A DNA stretch of 36,911 bases from Armatimonadota bacterium (GTDB taxonomy: Bacteria > Armatimonadota > SYMT01), in assembly GCA_046292385.1 (NCBI GenBank), contig JBKBRF010000059.1, positions 1 through 36,911 on the forward strand. Direction: 5' to 3'. Below are positions 1-8,737 of this stretch, piece by piece; the stretch's first letter is position 1; every line of letters starts with the position of its first letter. The position numbers and the translations under genes are program-made. The notes beneath the pieces were generated by a model, which worked only from the letters and a program-made list of their open reading frames with translations, had not been told where the DNA came from and did no database searches.

Positions 1-64
1 CGCTTCCAGCGTGCGGACCTCCGGCCCTGATTCCGGCTGTAAAGCGAGTACCCGCCCTGCAGCC

Positions 65-126
65 GGCAAAACATACTCTGCGCCCCGGGGCGCACCAACT
101 TTACAGCGTGTGACACTTGCTCCCGC
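65..126 (+). repeat. Dispersed intergenic repeat (GGCAAA-N-CTGCGCC-N-AACTTTACAGCGTGTGACAC), copy 1
   Basis: Bases 78-116 match the reverse complement of 24197-24234 with about 2 differences. The core AACTTTACAGCGTGTGACACTTGC recurs at 24528-24551. Confidence 0.8.
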
Positions 127-377
127 TTTCGCCGCCGGCTGCGATATCGATGCGTCGAAAGCTGCGACAGCTCGCTGTCGCCCGAGAGCATACGACGGGA
201 ACAGCCGGACTATGGAGTGCGGCCCGCGAGCTGGTCCCGCCTCGCCCCGCGGCGTAATCCCGGTCCGCAGCTCTCCGCCCGCGCCTGCGTTCAGAGCCAC
301 GCTGCCCGGCGAATGAATTGCACCCCGGGTGGCGGAGGGGGTTCCTCCCGGCCCCATGGTGGGCGCGGCTCGCCGCT

Positions 378-998
378 TCAGTCGCCGGCGGGCGGGAGGT
401 CGGAGAGGCGGTGCAGCTCCCGCTGGTAGTCCTGGGGAGTGTCCATGTCGGTGAGGACGATCTCGCTCGGCACGTCCACGTGCAGGAGGTCGTCCGGGTG
501 TCGGCGCAGCAGCTCCCGCAGCCCTACCTCGGGCGGCAGGGCGAGCGCCTCGTCGAAGTAGCGGCGGTGGATCAGCAGGGGGTGCCCGCGCCGCATCCCG
601 TAGGAGGGCACCACGATGCCGGGACGCTCCGGCGTCGTGCGGGCGCGCTCCAGGAGCAGCCGCACCGTGGACGGCTGGAGCGCGGGCTGGTCGCCGAGGG
701 CGATTACGGCCCACTCGGTCTCGGGGGAGGCGGCGGTGAGGCCGGCCTGGACGGAGGTGAGCATTCCCTCCGGATAGCGCGGGTTGAGGACAGTCTCCGC
801 GCCGGTGGCGTGCAGGTGCGCCGCGAGCTCCTCGCTACGGTGACCCAGCACCACGAGGACGCGGTCCACGGGGGAGGCTCTCAGAGAGCGGACGACCGCC
901 TGAATCACGCTGCCCGGACCGTACGGCAAGAGCGGCTTGAGCGTCCCCATCCGCCGCGACTCCCCCGCCGCCAGCACGATCGCCGTCACCTCCCCCAC
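378..998 (-). CDS. mocA: Molybdenum cofactor cytidylyltransferase-like nucleotidyltransferase
   Basis: IVLAAGESRRMG..K.LL N-terminal motif, GMLTSVQAGL, LGDQP, RGHPLL and DMDTPQDY. Lies next to xdhC and a xanthine-dehydrogenase-family operon. Confidence 0.9.
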   Translation of the reverse strand: MGEVTAIVLAAGESRRMGTLKPLLPYGPGSVIQAVVRSLRASPVDRVLVVLGHRSEELAAHLHATGAETVLNPRYPEGMLTSVQAGLTAASPETEWAVIALGDQPALQPSTVRLLLERARTTPERPGIVVPSYGMRRGHPLLIHRRYFDEALALPPEVGLRELLRRHPDDLLHVDVPSEIVLTDMDTPQDYQRELHRLSDLPPAGD

Positions 999-2052
999 GC
1001 GTGCTCCCTTTCCTGCGCACCAGCACCAGCTCGGCGGCGATGCAGAGCGCGATCTCCTCTACCGAGAGCGCGCCGATGTCGAGCCCGATCGGGGCGTGAA
1101 TGCGCGCCAGCTCCTCCGGCGTCGCGAGCCCTTCCGCCACGAACTCGTCGTAGATCGTCAGGATCTTGCGCTTGCTCCCGATCATCCCCAGGTAGGCGAC
1201 CGGCGCCTTCACCACCTCCCGCAGCACCACGGCGTCGTGCCGGTGCCCGCGGGTCACGATGACGAAGTAGGTCTCCGGCGTCTTCGGCCAGCGCCGCACC
1301 GTCTCCACGATGTCGCCCGCCAGCACGTGCTCCGCGTCCGGCAGGCGCTCTGCGTTGCAGAGGGAGGGGCGATCGTCGACGATGGCGACCTCGAACCCGA
1401 CGCGCGCGGCGTAATGGCAAAGGGCGGCGCCGACGTGACCCGCCCCCGCGATGAGGCAGACCGGCCGTGGGAGCAGCGGCTCCAGGTAGAGGGTGGCCCC
1501 CTCCTCCCGCAGCCGCACGCGCCGGGGCTCATCCCCGCCCTCGGAGAGAATCCGCCGCGCCGCCGCTTCGATCGCCTCCCGCAGCGCGGGGCTGCCGGGA
1601 TCACCGACGGTCGGCGCCTCCGCGCGGACCAGGCAGCGGCGGCCGACCGTCTCGGGTGCTCCGTCTACGACCAGCGCGACCACCCCGCGACCGCGCTCCG
1701 CCCGCAGCGCGACCATGGCGCGGAAGACCTCTTCCTGGCCGGTCGGACGCGGCTGCAGGAAGATGTGGGCGGTGCCGCCGCAGATCAGCCCGTCGTCCCA
1801 ACCGAAGTCGTCGTCCAGGTGGAGCTCCATCAGCTCCGAATCACCGCCGCGGGCCAACTGCAGCCCCCGCCGGCGCGCTTCCGCCTCCATGCAGCCGCCG
1901 CCGAGCGTGCCGAGCAGCTCCCCGCCGGGCAGAAACACCGCCTGTGCGCCGGTCTTCTGCGGCGTGGAGCCGGAGGTGTGGACGACCGTTCCGAGCGAAA
2001 ATGGCTGCCCGGCCTCCAGCAGCTCCAGGATCTGCGGATACAGCTCCGACAT
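835..2052 (-). CDS. xdhC: XdhC/CoxI family molybdoenzyme maturation factor (PaoD-like)
   Basis: GSTPQKTGA, GTLGGGCME, GLICGG, GAGHVG, VTRGHRHD, YLGMIGSKRK and HAPIGLDIGA..EEIA. Homology ends near 1000, and the ORF runs 164 nt into mocA. Confidence 0.9.
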   Translation of the reverse strand: MSELYPQILELLEAGQPFSLGTVVHTSGSTPQKTGAQAVFLPGGELLGTLGGGCMEAEARRRGLQLARGGDSELMELHLDDDFGWDDGLICGGTAHIFLQPRPTGQEEVFRAMVALRAERGRGVVALVVDGAPETVGRRCLVRAEAPTVGDPGSPALREAIEAAARRILSEGGDEPRRVRLREEGATLYLEPLLPRPVCLIAGAGHVGAALCHYAARVGFEVAIVDDRPSLCNAERLPDAEHVLAGDIVETVRRWPKTPETYFVIVTRGHRHDAVVLREVVKAPVAYLGMIGSKRKILTIYDEFVAEGLATPEELARIHAPIGLDIGALSVEEIALCIAAELVLVRRKGSTRGGGDGDRAGGGGVAADGDAQAALAVRSGQRDSGGRPLSESLPRGPRPRGAGSP

Positions 2053-2061
2053 GTCTCCCCG

Positions 2062-2277
2062 CTACTCGCCCGAGGCGCCGCGCGCCCGGTAGCACTCCCG
2101 GCCCGGCACGCACCGGTCGAAGATCACCCAGCCGCCGTCCGGCCCGGTGTCGGTGCGGGTCCGCTCGCACCAGTAGGTATCCTGGCGCGCCTTCTGCAGG
2201 TCCGCCAGGATGCTCTCCGGCTCGTCACCCGCCATCATCAGGTGCTTGGAGTTCAGCGAAAGACAGAGAGAATGCAT
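2062..2277 (-). CDS. Small Cys-containing hypothetical protein (YWC..T....GPD.......C...R.CY)
   Basis: 71-aa ORF co-oriented with xdhC and ending 9 nt before it, with GC-typical codon use and 4 Cys. No strong RBS. Confidence 0.6.
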   Translation of the reverse strand: MHSLCLSLNSKHLMMAGDEPESILADLQKARQDTYWCERTRTDTGPDGGWVIFDRCVPGRECYRARGASGE

Positions 2278-2283
2278 CTTTTT

Positions 2284-2500
2284 AAGGCTAAACGCAGAAG
2301 GCTAAAGGCCGCCGCAAAGGCTAAAGTGAAAAGGCTAAAGGCTAAAGCTCCGAACCGCTTTCCCGTCGGGCCTCGCTATCTTGCCGGTTCGCGCAGCATG
2401 CCTTCGCGTACCCGCGGGCGTCCCGGAAAGCGGCAGTCACCCTTCGTCGCGGGGTTCCCACTTTAGCCTTTAGCCTTTTGCCTTTTGCCTTTTGCCTTTA
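2284..2500. repeat. Heptamer (AAAGGCT/AGCCTTT) tandem-repeat-flanked palindromic element
   Basis: Perfect 19-bp inverted repeat AAAAGGCTAAAGGCTAAAG (2329-2347) / CTTTAGCCTTTAGCCTTTT (2461-2479), with extra degenerate heptamers on each side and an inner IR CCGCTTTCC / GGAAAGCGG. Confidence 0.8.
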
Positions 2501-2956
2501 GGGAGTGGGGATCACCCAGAGGCGGCGGAGGTAGGCGGCGACCAGCAGGATCAGGAAGCCCAACACTACGTTTACGGAAAGCAGCGACTTCCGGTTCTCC
2601 GCGGCGCCTTCACGCGGCTGCAGCGCGAAGATAGCGATCCCGAACAGCACCAGGGAGAGGAGCATCTTCACGCCCATCACGGCGTGATACATCTCGAAGC
2701 CGGGGAGCTGCTGCTCGCGCGCGGCGCGCACCGCGGGGATGGAGACGACCAGGTAGTTGTAGAAACCGGTAAGCAGCACCAGCCCCAGGGAGCTGTGGAT
2801 CAGCCGCTTGTAAGCGGGCTGGATCCGCGCCGCCAGCTCCGCCGCATTCGGCATCACGACGAAGCGCATCATCACGGTCGCACCGATCCCCACCACGGCG
2901 GAGGCCACGTGCAGCCACCGCATCAACAGGTTCACCCAGAACATCGCATCCATCAA
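2498..2956 (-). CDS. Four-TM membrane protein (CopD/DUF2269-like RWLH motif)
   Basis: Four hydrophobic segments with RWLHV, LIH and YH...GVK. RBS GAGGTGG. Confidence 0.8.
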   Translation of the reverse strand: MMDAMFWVNLLMRWLHVASAVVGIGATVMMRFVVMPNAAELAARIQPAYKRLIHSSLGLVLLTGFYNYLVVSIPAVRAAREQQLPGFEMYHAVMGVKMLLSLVLFGIAIFALQPREGAAENRKSLLSVNVVLGFLILLVAAYLRRLWVIPTP

Positions 2957-3105
2957 GCCACCTCGCTCGCGGGGTTCGCTCCGACGGGAGCCCCGGGGGT
3001 ATTGTATCCCCCTGCGGGACGCGGGCGCGTGACCGCACCCCGGATGCGAGAAAGGGCTCGCACCCGGTGGATGCGAGCCCCTCTGGGGGTCCGGTAGCCG
3101 CCGCG

Positions 3106-4110
3106 TTAGACGGTCAGCTTGCCGGTGCAGGCCTGCTCCACCGCGCGGCGGACCAGCACCTTGGTGAGCGGCACCTTGTAGGCGTTCTGGCTCAGCGGCC
3201 GGGCGCCCTGGAGCGCGGCTTCCGCCGCCTGGTTCGCCACCGCCTTGCTGAACTTCTTGCCGCGGAGCGCCGCTTCCGCTGCCTCACTGCGCCACGGCTT
3301 CGGCGCCACGCCGCCGAGCACCACCCGGGCGTCCTTGATAATCCCTGAGGCGTCGGTCCGCGCCCGCACCGCCACCGCAGAGACCGCCCAGTCCATGGAG
3401 TCTTTCTCCTTGAACTTGATGTAGGTGCTGCGGGTGCCCGCGGCGGGAGCCGGGACGAAGACCTCCGTCACGATCTCGCCCTGCTTCAGGATGTTCTCCC
3501 AACGGGGATTCTCGTTCGGCAGCAGGAAGAACTCGTCCGCGGAGACGGTCTGGATCTTGCCCGCGCGGTCGCGGTAGCGCACCTGGGCATCCAGCGCCAC
3601 CAGGGCGGTGGCGCAGTCGCTCGGATGGACGATGTAGGACGGTCCCCCGCCGAGGATAGCGTTGAACTTGTTGTCCGCCTCGTCATCCGCGGCGAAGCAG
3701 CGCGCGCCGCCCTTCTTGATGCAGATGATCGTCTCGTCCCGGTAGTACCAGCAGCGGGGCCGCTGGCAGAGGTTACCGCCGAGCGTGCCGACGTTCCGGA
3801 TCTGCGGCGAGGCGACCGACTCCGCCGACTCCGCCAGCGCCGCGTAGCTCTTCCGGATCGCCGGGTGCTTCTCGATGGCGGTCAGGGTGACCAGCGCGCC
3901 GAGGGTGAGACCCTTGGCGTCGGAGCGGAGGACGTCGAGACCGGGGATCTGCTTGATGTTGACCACCGTCTCCGGCTCGATCAGCCGGTCCTTCAGTTCC
4001 GAGACCAGGTCGACGCCGCCCGCCAGGATCTTCGCCCGGTCCGGGTCGCGTCCCAGTGCCTGCGAGGCGGAAGCCAGGTCGCGGGCGTTGACATACGAAA
4101 ACGCTTTCAT
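3106..4110 (-). CDS. Xanthine dehydrogenase family FAD-binding subunit (PaoB/YagS-like)
   Basis: LAGGVDL, ASPQIRNVGTLGGNLCQRPRCWYYR..C..KGG..C (PaoB-type Cys insertion), HPSD and LGGVAPKPW. Confidence 0.93.
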   Translation of the reverse strand: MKAFSYVNARDLASASQALGRDPDRAKILAGGVDLVSELKDRLIEPETVVNIKQIPGLDVLRSDAKGLTLGALVTLTAIEKHPAIRKSYAALAESAESVASPQIRNVGTLGGNLCQRPRCWYYRDETIICIKKGGARCFAADDEADNKFNAILGGGPSYIVHPSDCATALVALDAQVRYRDRAGKIQTVSADEFFLLPNENPRWENILKQGEIVTEVFVPAPAAGTRSTYIKFKEKDSMDWAVSAVAVRARTDASGIIKDARVVLGGVAPKPWRSEAAEAALRGKKFSKAVANQAAEAALQGARPLSQNAYKVPLTKVLVRRAVEQACTGKLTV

Positions 4111-4113
4111 TCC

Positions 4114-6399
4114 TTAAGCTCCCTTCCTCGTCGCAGCGCCCTTTTTACTCGCGAGGGCCGCCAGCACCCGGTCCGGCGTGGCCGGTAGGCTCGTGACGTG
4201 CGTGCCGATGGCGTTGAAGATGGCGTTCGCCACCGCCGCCTGGACGCCGATGACGGCCGGCTCGCCGATACCGCTCACCTTGCCGGTCGGAGTGTCGTAG
4301 ATGATCGTCACCACTCCCTGTTCCTCCGGCCGCAGGGTGCGGTACGGCGGGTCCATGGTGATGTTGATGCCGCCTGCCTCGAAGGAGCCGCAGAGCTTGT
4401 ACTCCTCCAGGTTCGGGTTCAGCATGCGCCCGGTCAGGTTGTCCAGGTGCTTCCGCTCCAGCAGCGCCGTGCCGATGCCCTGGATGATGCCGCCGGTCAC
4501 CTGGCTCTCCGCCTGCAGGCGGTTCAGCACCAGGCCGCAGTCCTGCACGCCGACCACCTTCAGCACCGTCACCTTGCCGGTCTCGGTGTCGACCTCCACC
4601 TCCGCGAAGGTACAGCCGGCGACGCCGCCGGCCTGGAGGTCCGGGTTCCACTCGCCGTGCGCCTTCAGGCCCGCGGCGGGGAGAGTCGCGCAGAGCTGCT
4701 TCCAGGTGAGGCTCTTGGCCGGCTGGCCCTTCACGCGGAAGGTGCCGCCGGTGACCAGCTCCACCTCTTCCGGCTTCGCCTTCAGCGCCTGTGCCGCCGC
4801 GATGACGAGCTTGTCCTTGGCGTCGAGCGCCGCCATCTTCACCGGCGGCGCCACGGAGCCGGTGGTGGTGGAGCCGCCGGAGGCGTGCCCCGGACCGTAC
4901 TCGCTGTGGCCGATCAGCGGGGTCACCTCGTCCAGCTTCAGCCCCAGCTCCTCCGCCACGATCCCCTGCACGTAGAGGCGGAGACCGGTGCCGAGGTCCT
5001 GAACGCCGGAGTAGACCTTGACCGACCCGTCTTTTCCGACAGTGATGCTGCAGTCCGCGCTCTTCCGGCCGCCGCCGCCCCAGATGGCGCTGCCCAGGCC
5101 GATGCCGCGCTTGCGGACCCCAGGCGCCGCGCCGGGGGTTTTCTGGCGCCGGTCCCAGCCGATCACCCGGGCGCCGATCTCCCACTCCTGCACGCGGACC
5201 GGGTCGCTGTGGTTCTTCCGGCGCAGCTCCAGCGGATCCATGTTCAGCTTGGCTGCCAGCTCGTCCAGCGCCATGTCCCAGATCAGCGCCGCCTGGGGAT
5301 GGCCGGGCGCGCGGAGGGCCGCGGTGCCGCCGGTGTTGGTGAGCACCGCCACGCTGGTCGCGCGCCGGGCTTGCGGCTCGATGATGTAGAAGCCCTGGTC
5401 CAGCGGGTATCCCGGCGCGTTGCCGGCGCCGCCGTCCCGGTAGTTCTTCACGTCCGCCGCCAGCAGGGTCCCGTCTTTCGAGGCGGCCAGCTTGACCCGG
5501 GCGATGTAGCCGGGACCGCGGAAGTTGACGATTTGCTCGTCGTAGCGGGTCAGCATGAACCGCACCGGCGCGTTCGCCGCCTTCGCCAGCTTGATCGCCA
5601 TGTCGCCTTCCGGCCCCAGGCCGAACTTGCTGCCGAAGCCGCCGCCCATGTGCTCGCAGATCACGCGGACCTTCGACTGGTCGCCGCCGGCGAAGTCGTT
5701 GGCCACCGAGTCCCGGATGCCGGTGATGAACTGCGTGGACGACCACACGGTGAGCCGGTCGCCGTCCCACTTCGCGGTGTGCCCGTGCGTCTCCAGGCAG
5801 GTATGCAGGCGCGTCTGGGCGTGGTATTCCTGCTCCATCACCACGTCGGCCTTCGCCAGGGCGGCGTCGACTTCCCCGTTCGCCTGCTGGCCGGGGAACT
5901 GCAGGTTGCTCTCCGTATCCGGCCGCACCTTGGGCGAGTTCGGGTCCATCGCCTTATCGAGGTTCACCACGTGCCGGCGCGGCTCGTAGGTGACCTTGAT
6001 GGCGCGGATCGCGTCTTCCGCGATTTCCGGGGTTTTCGCGGCCACCGCGGCGACGAACTCCCCGGCGTAGAGCACGGAGCTGCCCGGCGTCTTCATCGGG
6101 ATCACCGCCATCACGCCCGGGATCTTCTCGGCCGGGCTGACGTCGATCGCGGCGATGCGCGCGGAGGCATACGGCGAGCTGGCGAACCGGCCGTAGCACA
6201 TGCCGGGAAGCACCACGTCCGACGTGTACTTCGCGCGGCCAGTCACCTTGTCCGGACCGTCCGGACGCGGGTTGCGCTTACCCAGGATGCGGAGCTGGCC
6301 CAGGTCCCCCCACGAGGCGGGAGGGCCGTCCGGCACCTCGATCTCCACCTCGCGCTCGAAGCCGTTCTCCACGATGACTTGCTTGACTTTTCTCGCCAT
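4114..6399 (-). CDS. Xanthine dehydrogenase family molybdopterin-binding subunit (PaoC/YagR-like)
   Basis: KVTGRAKY, GGGFGSK, LRAPG, QDLGTG, SGGS, EVEVDTETG, Q.TGGIIQGIG and GIGEP (catalytic Glu). Confidence 0.95.
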   Translation of the reverse strand: MARKVKQVIVENGFEREVEIEVPDGPPASWGDLGQLRILGKRNPRPDGPDKVTGRAKYTSDVVLPGMCYGRFASSPYASARIAAIDVSPAEKIPGVMAVIPMKTPGSSVLYAGEFVAAVAAKTPEIAEDAIRAIKVTYEPRRHVVNLDKAMDPNSPKVRPDTESNLQFPGQQANGEVDAALAKADVVMEQEYHAQTRLHTCLETHGHTAKWDGDRLTVWSSTQFITGIRDSVANDFAGGDQSKVRVICEHMGGGFGSKFGLGPEGDMAIKLAKAANAPVRFMLTRYDEQIVNFRGPGYIARVKLAASKDGTLLAADVKNYRDGGAGNAPGYPLDQGFYIIEPQARRATSVAVLTNTGGTAALRAPGHPQAALIWDMALDELAAKLNMDPLELRRKNHSDPVRVQEWEIGARVIGWDRRQKTPGAAPGVRKRGIGLGSAIWGGGGRKSADCSITVGKDGSVKVYSGVQDLGTGLRLYVQGIVAEELGLKLDEVTPLIGHSEYGPGHASGGSTTTGSVAPPVKMAALDAKDKLVIAAAQALKAKPEEVELVTGGTFRVKGQPAKSLTWKQLCATLPAAGLKAHGEWNPDLQAGGVAGCTFAEVEVDTETGKVTVLKVVGVQDCGLVLNRLQAESQVTGGIIQGIGTALLERKHLDNLTGRMLNPNLEEYKLCGSFEAGGINITMDPPYRTLRPEEQGVVTIIYDTPTGKVSGIGEPAVIGVQAAVANAIFNAIGTHVTSLPATPDRVLAALASKKGAATRKGA

Positions 6400-6402
6400 A
6401 GC

Positions 6403-7077
6403 TTAAGCCCCTTTCTTCCCGCCGGACGCCTTGGCGGCGGCCAGCGCGGCCTCGAAGATCCGCGGGTAGGCGCCGCAGCGGCAGATGTTGCCGGAGACGC
6501 CCATCTTCACCTCGTCCAGCGTGGGGTTCGGGTTCTCTTCCAGCAGCGCCGTCATCGACATGACGAAGCCGGGGGTGCAGAAGCCGCACTGGTAGCCGTC
6601 CTTCGCCACCATCTCCCGCTGCACGGGAGTGAGCTGGCCGTTCTTCGCCAGCCCTTCCACCGTCACGACCTTCCGCCCCTGCGCGTCGATCGCCAGCATC
6701 ATGCAGGAGTAGACGGTCTTGCCGTCCACCATCACCGTGCACGCCCCGCAGGAGCCACGGTCGCAGCCCAGCTTGGCGCCGGTGAGTGCCTGGTCCGCCG
6801 GCAGCGGCGTGTGCCCCACGCCCCGCAGCGCGTTTGCCAGCGTGGTGCGCGGCTCCACCTCGATCGTCCGGTTGGCGCCGTTGATGTTCAGGGTCACGCG
6901 CGCCGGTCCGGGGCCCACCTTCTGCGCGCCCGCCGGCCGCTGCTGCGCCTCCGCTTCCTGCGGCTGCACCGCCCCGCTCCCGGCCACGGCCGCCGCCCCG
7001 GCCACGCCGGCGCCGGCGCCCTTGATAAAGGAGCGACGGGTAACTACGAACTTACGGCCCTGTGTCTCCTCGGCCAT
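6403..7077 (-). CDS. (2Fe-2S)-binding subunit with Tat signal (PaoA/YagT-like)
   Basis: TRRSFIKG Tat motif, GCDRGSCGACTV...SC, QCGFCTPG and GNICRCG. RBS GGAGG. Confidence 0.95.
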   Translation of the reverse strand: MAEETQGRKFVVTRRSFIKGAGAGVAGAAAVAGSGAVQPQEAEAQQRPAGAQKVGPGPARVTLNINGANRTIEVEPRTTLANALRGVGHTPLPADQALTGAKLGCDRGSCGACTVMVDGKTVYSCMMLAIDAQGRKVVTVEGLAKNGQLTPVQREMVAKDGYQCGFCTPGFVMSMTALLEENPNPTLDEVKMGVSGNICRCGAYPRIFEAALAAAKASGGKKGA

Positions 7078-7246
7078 GGCCGTTTGCCTCCATTCGTGAA
7101 ATCAGCTCGGAGCCGGGGTCGTCTCCCGGTGGTCGTCCCACCGGAACAGGTCGCCCGGAACTCCGCGTTGTCGTTCACGCGGACCCGCGAATTTCCCTGC
7201 GCGGTCGCGGAAAGTCTCGGCGCTGGGCGGCCCAAGGGCAGTTAAG

Positions 7247-7275
7247 CTGACTTCGGACTGCCGGCAGCGTACAAT
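7247..7275 (+). promoter_or_regulatory. Putative sigma70 promoter giving a leaderless transcript
   Basis: CTGACT (7247-7252), 17-bp spacer, TACAAT (7270-7275). The ATG at 7283 is 7 nt downstream with no SD. Confidence 0.55.
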
Positions 7276-7282
7276 CGAAGCG

Positions 7283-7678
7283 ATGCGCTTCCGACGGATC
7301 ACGAGATGGCTGGCCCTCCTGGCGCTGTTCCTCTACGGAGCAGCCCCCGCACTCGCCTGCCTGAATCCGGTCCCGACGGCGGGTGCCTGCCGTCCCGAGA
7401 AAGCGCACACCTGCGCCTGCCGCGCAGACGCGCACGCAGGCAGCGACTGCTGCTGCGGTGAAGAGCGCAGCGGCTCCGACTGCCGCCTGGAGAGCGCCCC
7501 GTGCGGCTCTCCCGCCGCGCCTGTGTCCGCCGTGCCGAGCGTCAGCTACCCGCTCGCGGCGCTCTCCCCGGGCGGCCACCCTGCCGCCGCGCTGCTCATC
7601 ACCCGCGGCTCCCGCGTCGCCGCGACCGCCCCCCGGCAGAGAGCCAGCTCTCCACCTCTCCCGCCTCCGCGCGCCTGA
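7283..7678 (+). CDS. Secreted Cys-rich protein with C-terminal PPPRA (DUF2946-like upstream ORF)
   Basis: Signal peptide (MRFRRITRWLALLALFLYGAAPALA), 9 Cys including CAC and CCC, a low-complexity linker and the terminal PPLPPPRA. Confidence 0.7.
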   Translation: MRFRRITRWLALLALFLYGAAPALACLNPVPTAGACRPEKAHTCACRADAHAGSDCCCGEERSGSDCRLESAPCGSPAAPVSAVPSVSYPLAALSPGGHPAAALLITRGSRVAATAPRQRASSPPLPPPRA

Positions 7679-7863
7679 ACCTCTCCCCCCGTGCCCGCGT
7701 CCCACCGCCGAGCACGCCACACGAGTGTTCCGCACGGCTCCTGTCCTGCTGCCGACCCCGGCCGGCCTGTCGCCGCGCCCGCGCGTCAACCCGCGCCGGC
7801 AGCGACGCAAGAGCCCCCACAGGTGCTGATCCGTCCCGATGCGGACGAACGGAGGCCGACCCA

Positions 7864-8553
7864 ATGTCGCGTCGACGCGCGTTTACCTTGATCGAGCTGC
7901 TGGTGGTGATTGGGATCATCACCATCCTCGCCGCGATCCTCTTCCCCGTCTTTGCCCAGGCGCGGGACAAGGCGCGGGCCGCCTCGTGTCTCTCCAACTG
8001 CCGCCAGATCGGCATGGCGTTCATGCAGTACACGCAGGACTACGACGAGTACCTGCCGCTCACCACTTATCCGATGCCGTCCAACTCCTGGACCGACACG
8101 GTGCAGGCCTACATCAAGAACCGCAGCATCCTGCGGTGCCCCAGCGACACGAGCCGGAACTGGCTCCAGCCGCTCCCGGGGGAATCGGAGCTCCGGCGCT
8201 CGTCGTTCTTTCTGAACGCCTGGATGTCGGGTGCGGGCGGCTACGGCAGCCTGGCTTCGATCCAGAGCCCCGCCAGCGTCATCTACATGGCGGAGAGCGC
8301 GGAGAACGTCACGCGGGATCACTTCCACCCGTTCTATTGGGGCACCCCCGCGGAGCGGACCAGCGGCTTCATGCAAAACCTGACGTGGGACGCCACGAAG
8401 GGCGAGACGAAAGAGCTGGCGCTCCGGCGCCACCAGGGCGGCTTCAACGTCACCTACCTCGACGGACACGCGAAGTGGGTCCAGTGGACCCGCACCTGGA
8501 ACCACCCGCCCCGCCCGCAGGTCTCCCAGGGCGCCTTCGACCCGCGGCAGTGA
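7864..8553 (+). CDS. Prepilin-type N-terminal cleavage/methylation domain protein (DUF1559-like, H-X9-DG)
   Basis: RBS GGAGG at 7851, then [38 protein letters not shown] and RHQGGFNVTYLDGHAK. The ORF-track start at 7501 is too far upstream. Confidence 0.92.
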   Translation: MSRRRAFTLIELLVVIGIITILAAILFPVFAQARDKARAASCLSNCRQIGMAFMQYTQDYDEYLPLTTYPMPSNSWTDTVQAYIKNRSILRCPSDTSRNWLQPLPGESELRRSSFFLNAWMSGAGGYGSLASIQSPASVIYMAESAENVTRDHFHPFYWGTPAERTSGFMQNLTWDATKGETKELALRRHQGGFNVTYLDGHAKWVQWTRTWNHPPRPQVSQGAFDPRQ

Positions 8554-8579
8554 GACAGCCTCGGCAGGGACGTAACCAG

Positions 8580-8630
8580 GTGTAAGAAGAGGAGATGGGG
8601 GGATGGGATGGGGATAGGGGGATGAATTGG
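8580..8630 (+). repeat. Left end of GTGTAAG/GGGGAT element (orphan end)
   Basis: GTGTAAGAAGAGGAGATGGGGGGATGGGATGGGGATAGGGGGATGAATT matches the left ends at 9012 and 9532. Confidence 0.8.
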
Positions 8631-8737
8631 AGCTGGCACCGCCCGTCGCTCGGCTCCTGCGGCCACGGGCAGGGGACCTTTAGCGCCCGCCCCCGGCCTG
8701 GCGATACCGGAGCAGTAGTCGGAAATGGAGGTGGGCT

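Noticed and set aside
4198..7245. 1015-aa plus-strand ORF and other long antisense ORFs (937-2466, 14514-16727, 25706-27226, 27247-28701, 32746-34053)
   Set aside because: These are shadows of well-supported opposite-strand genes in high-GC DNA and carry no recognisable motifs.
7501..7863. Long N-terminal extension of the first prepilin gene
   Set aside because: The SD and the prepilin leader place the start at 7864, and the extension overlaps the Cys-rich ORF.
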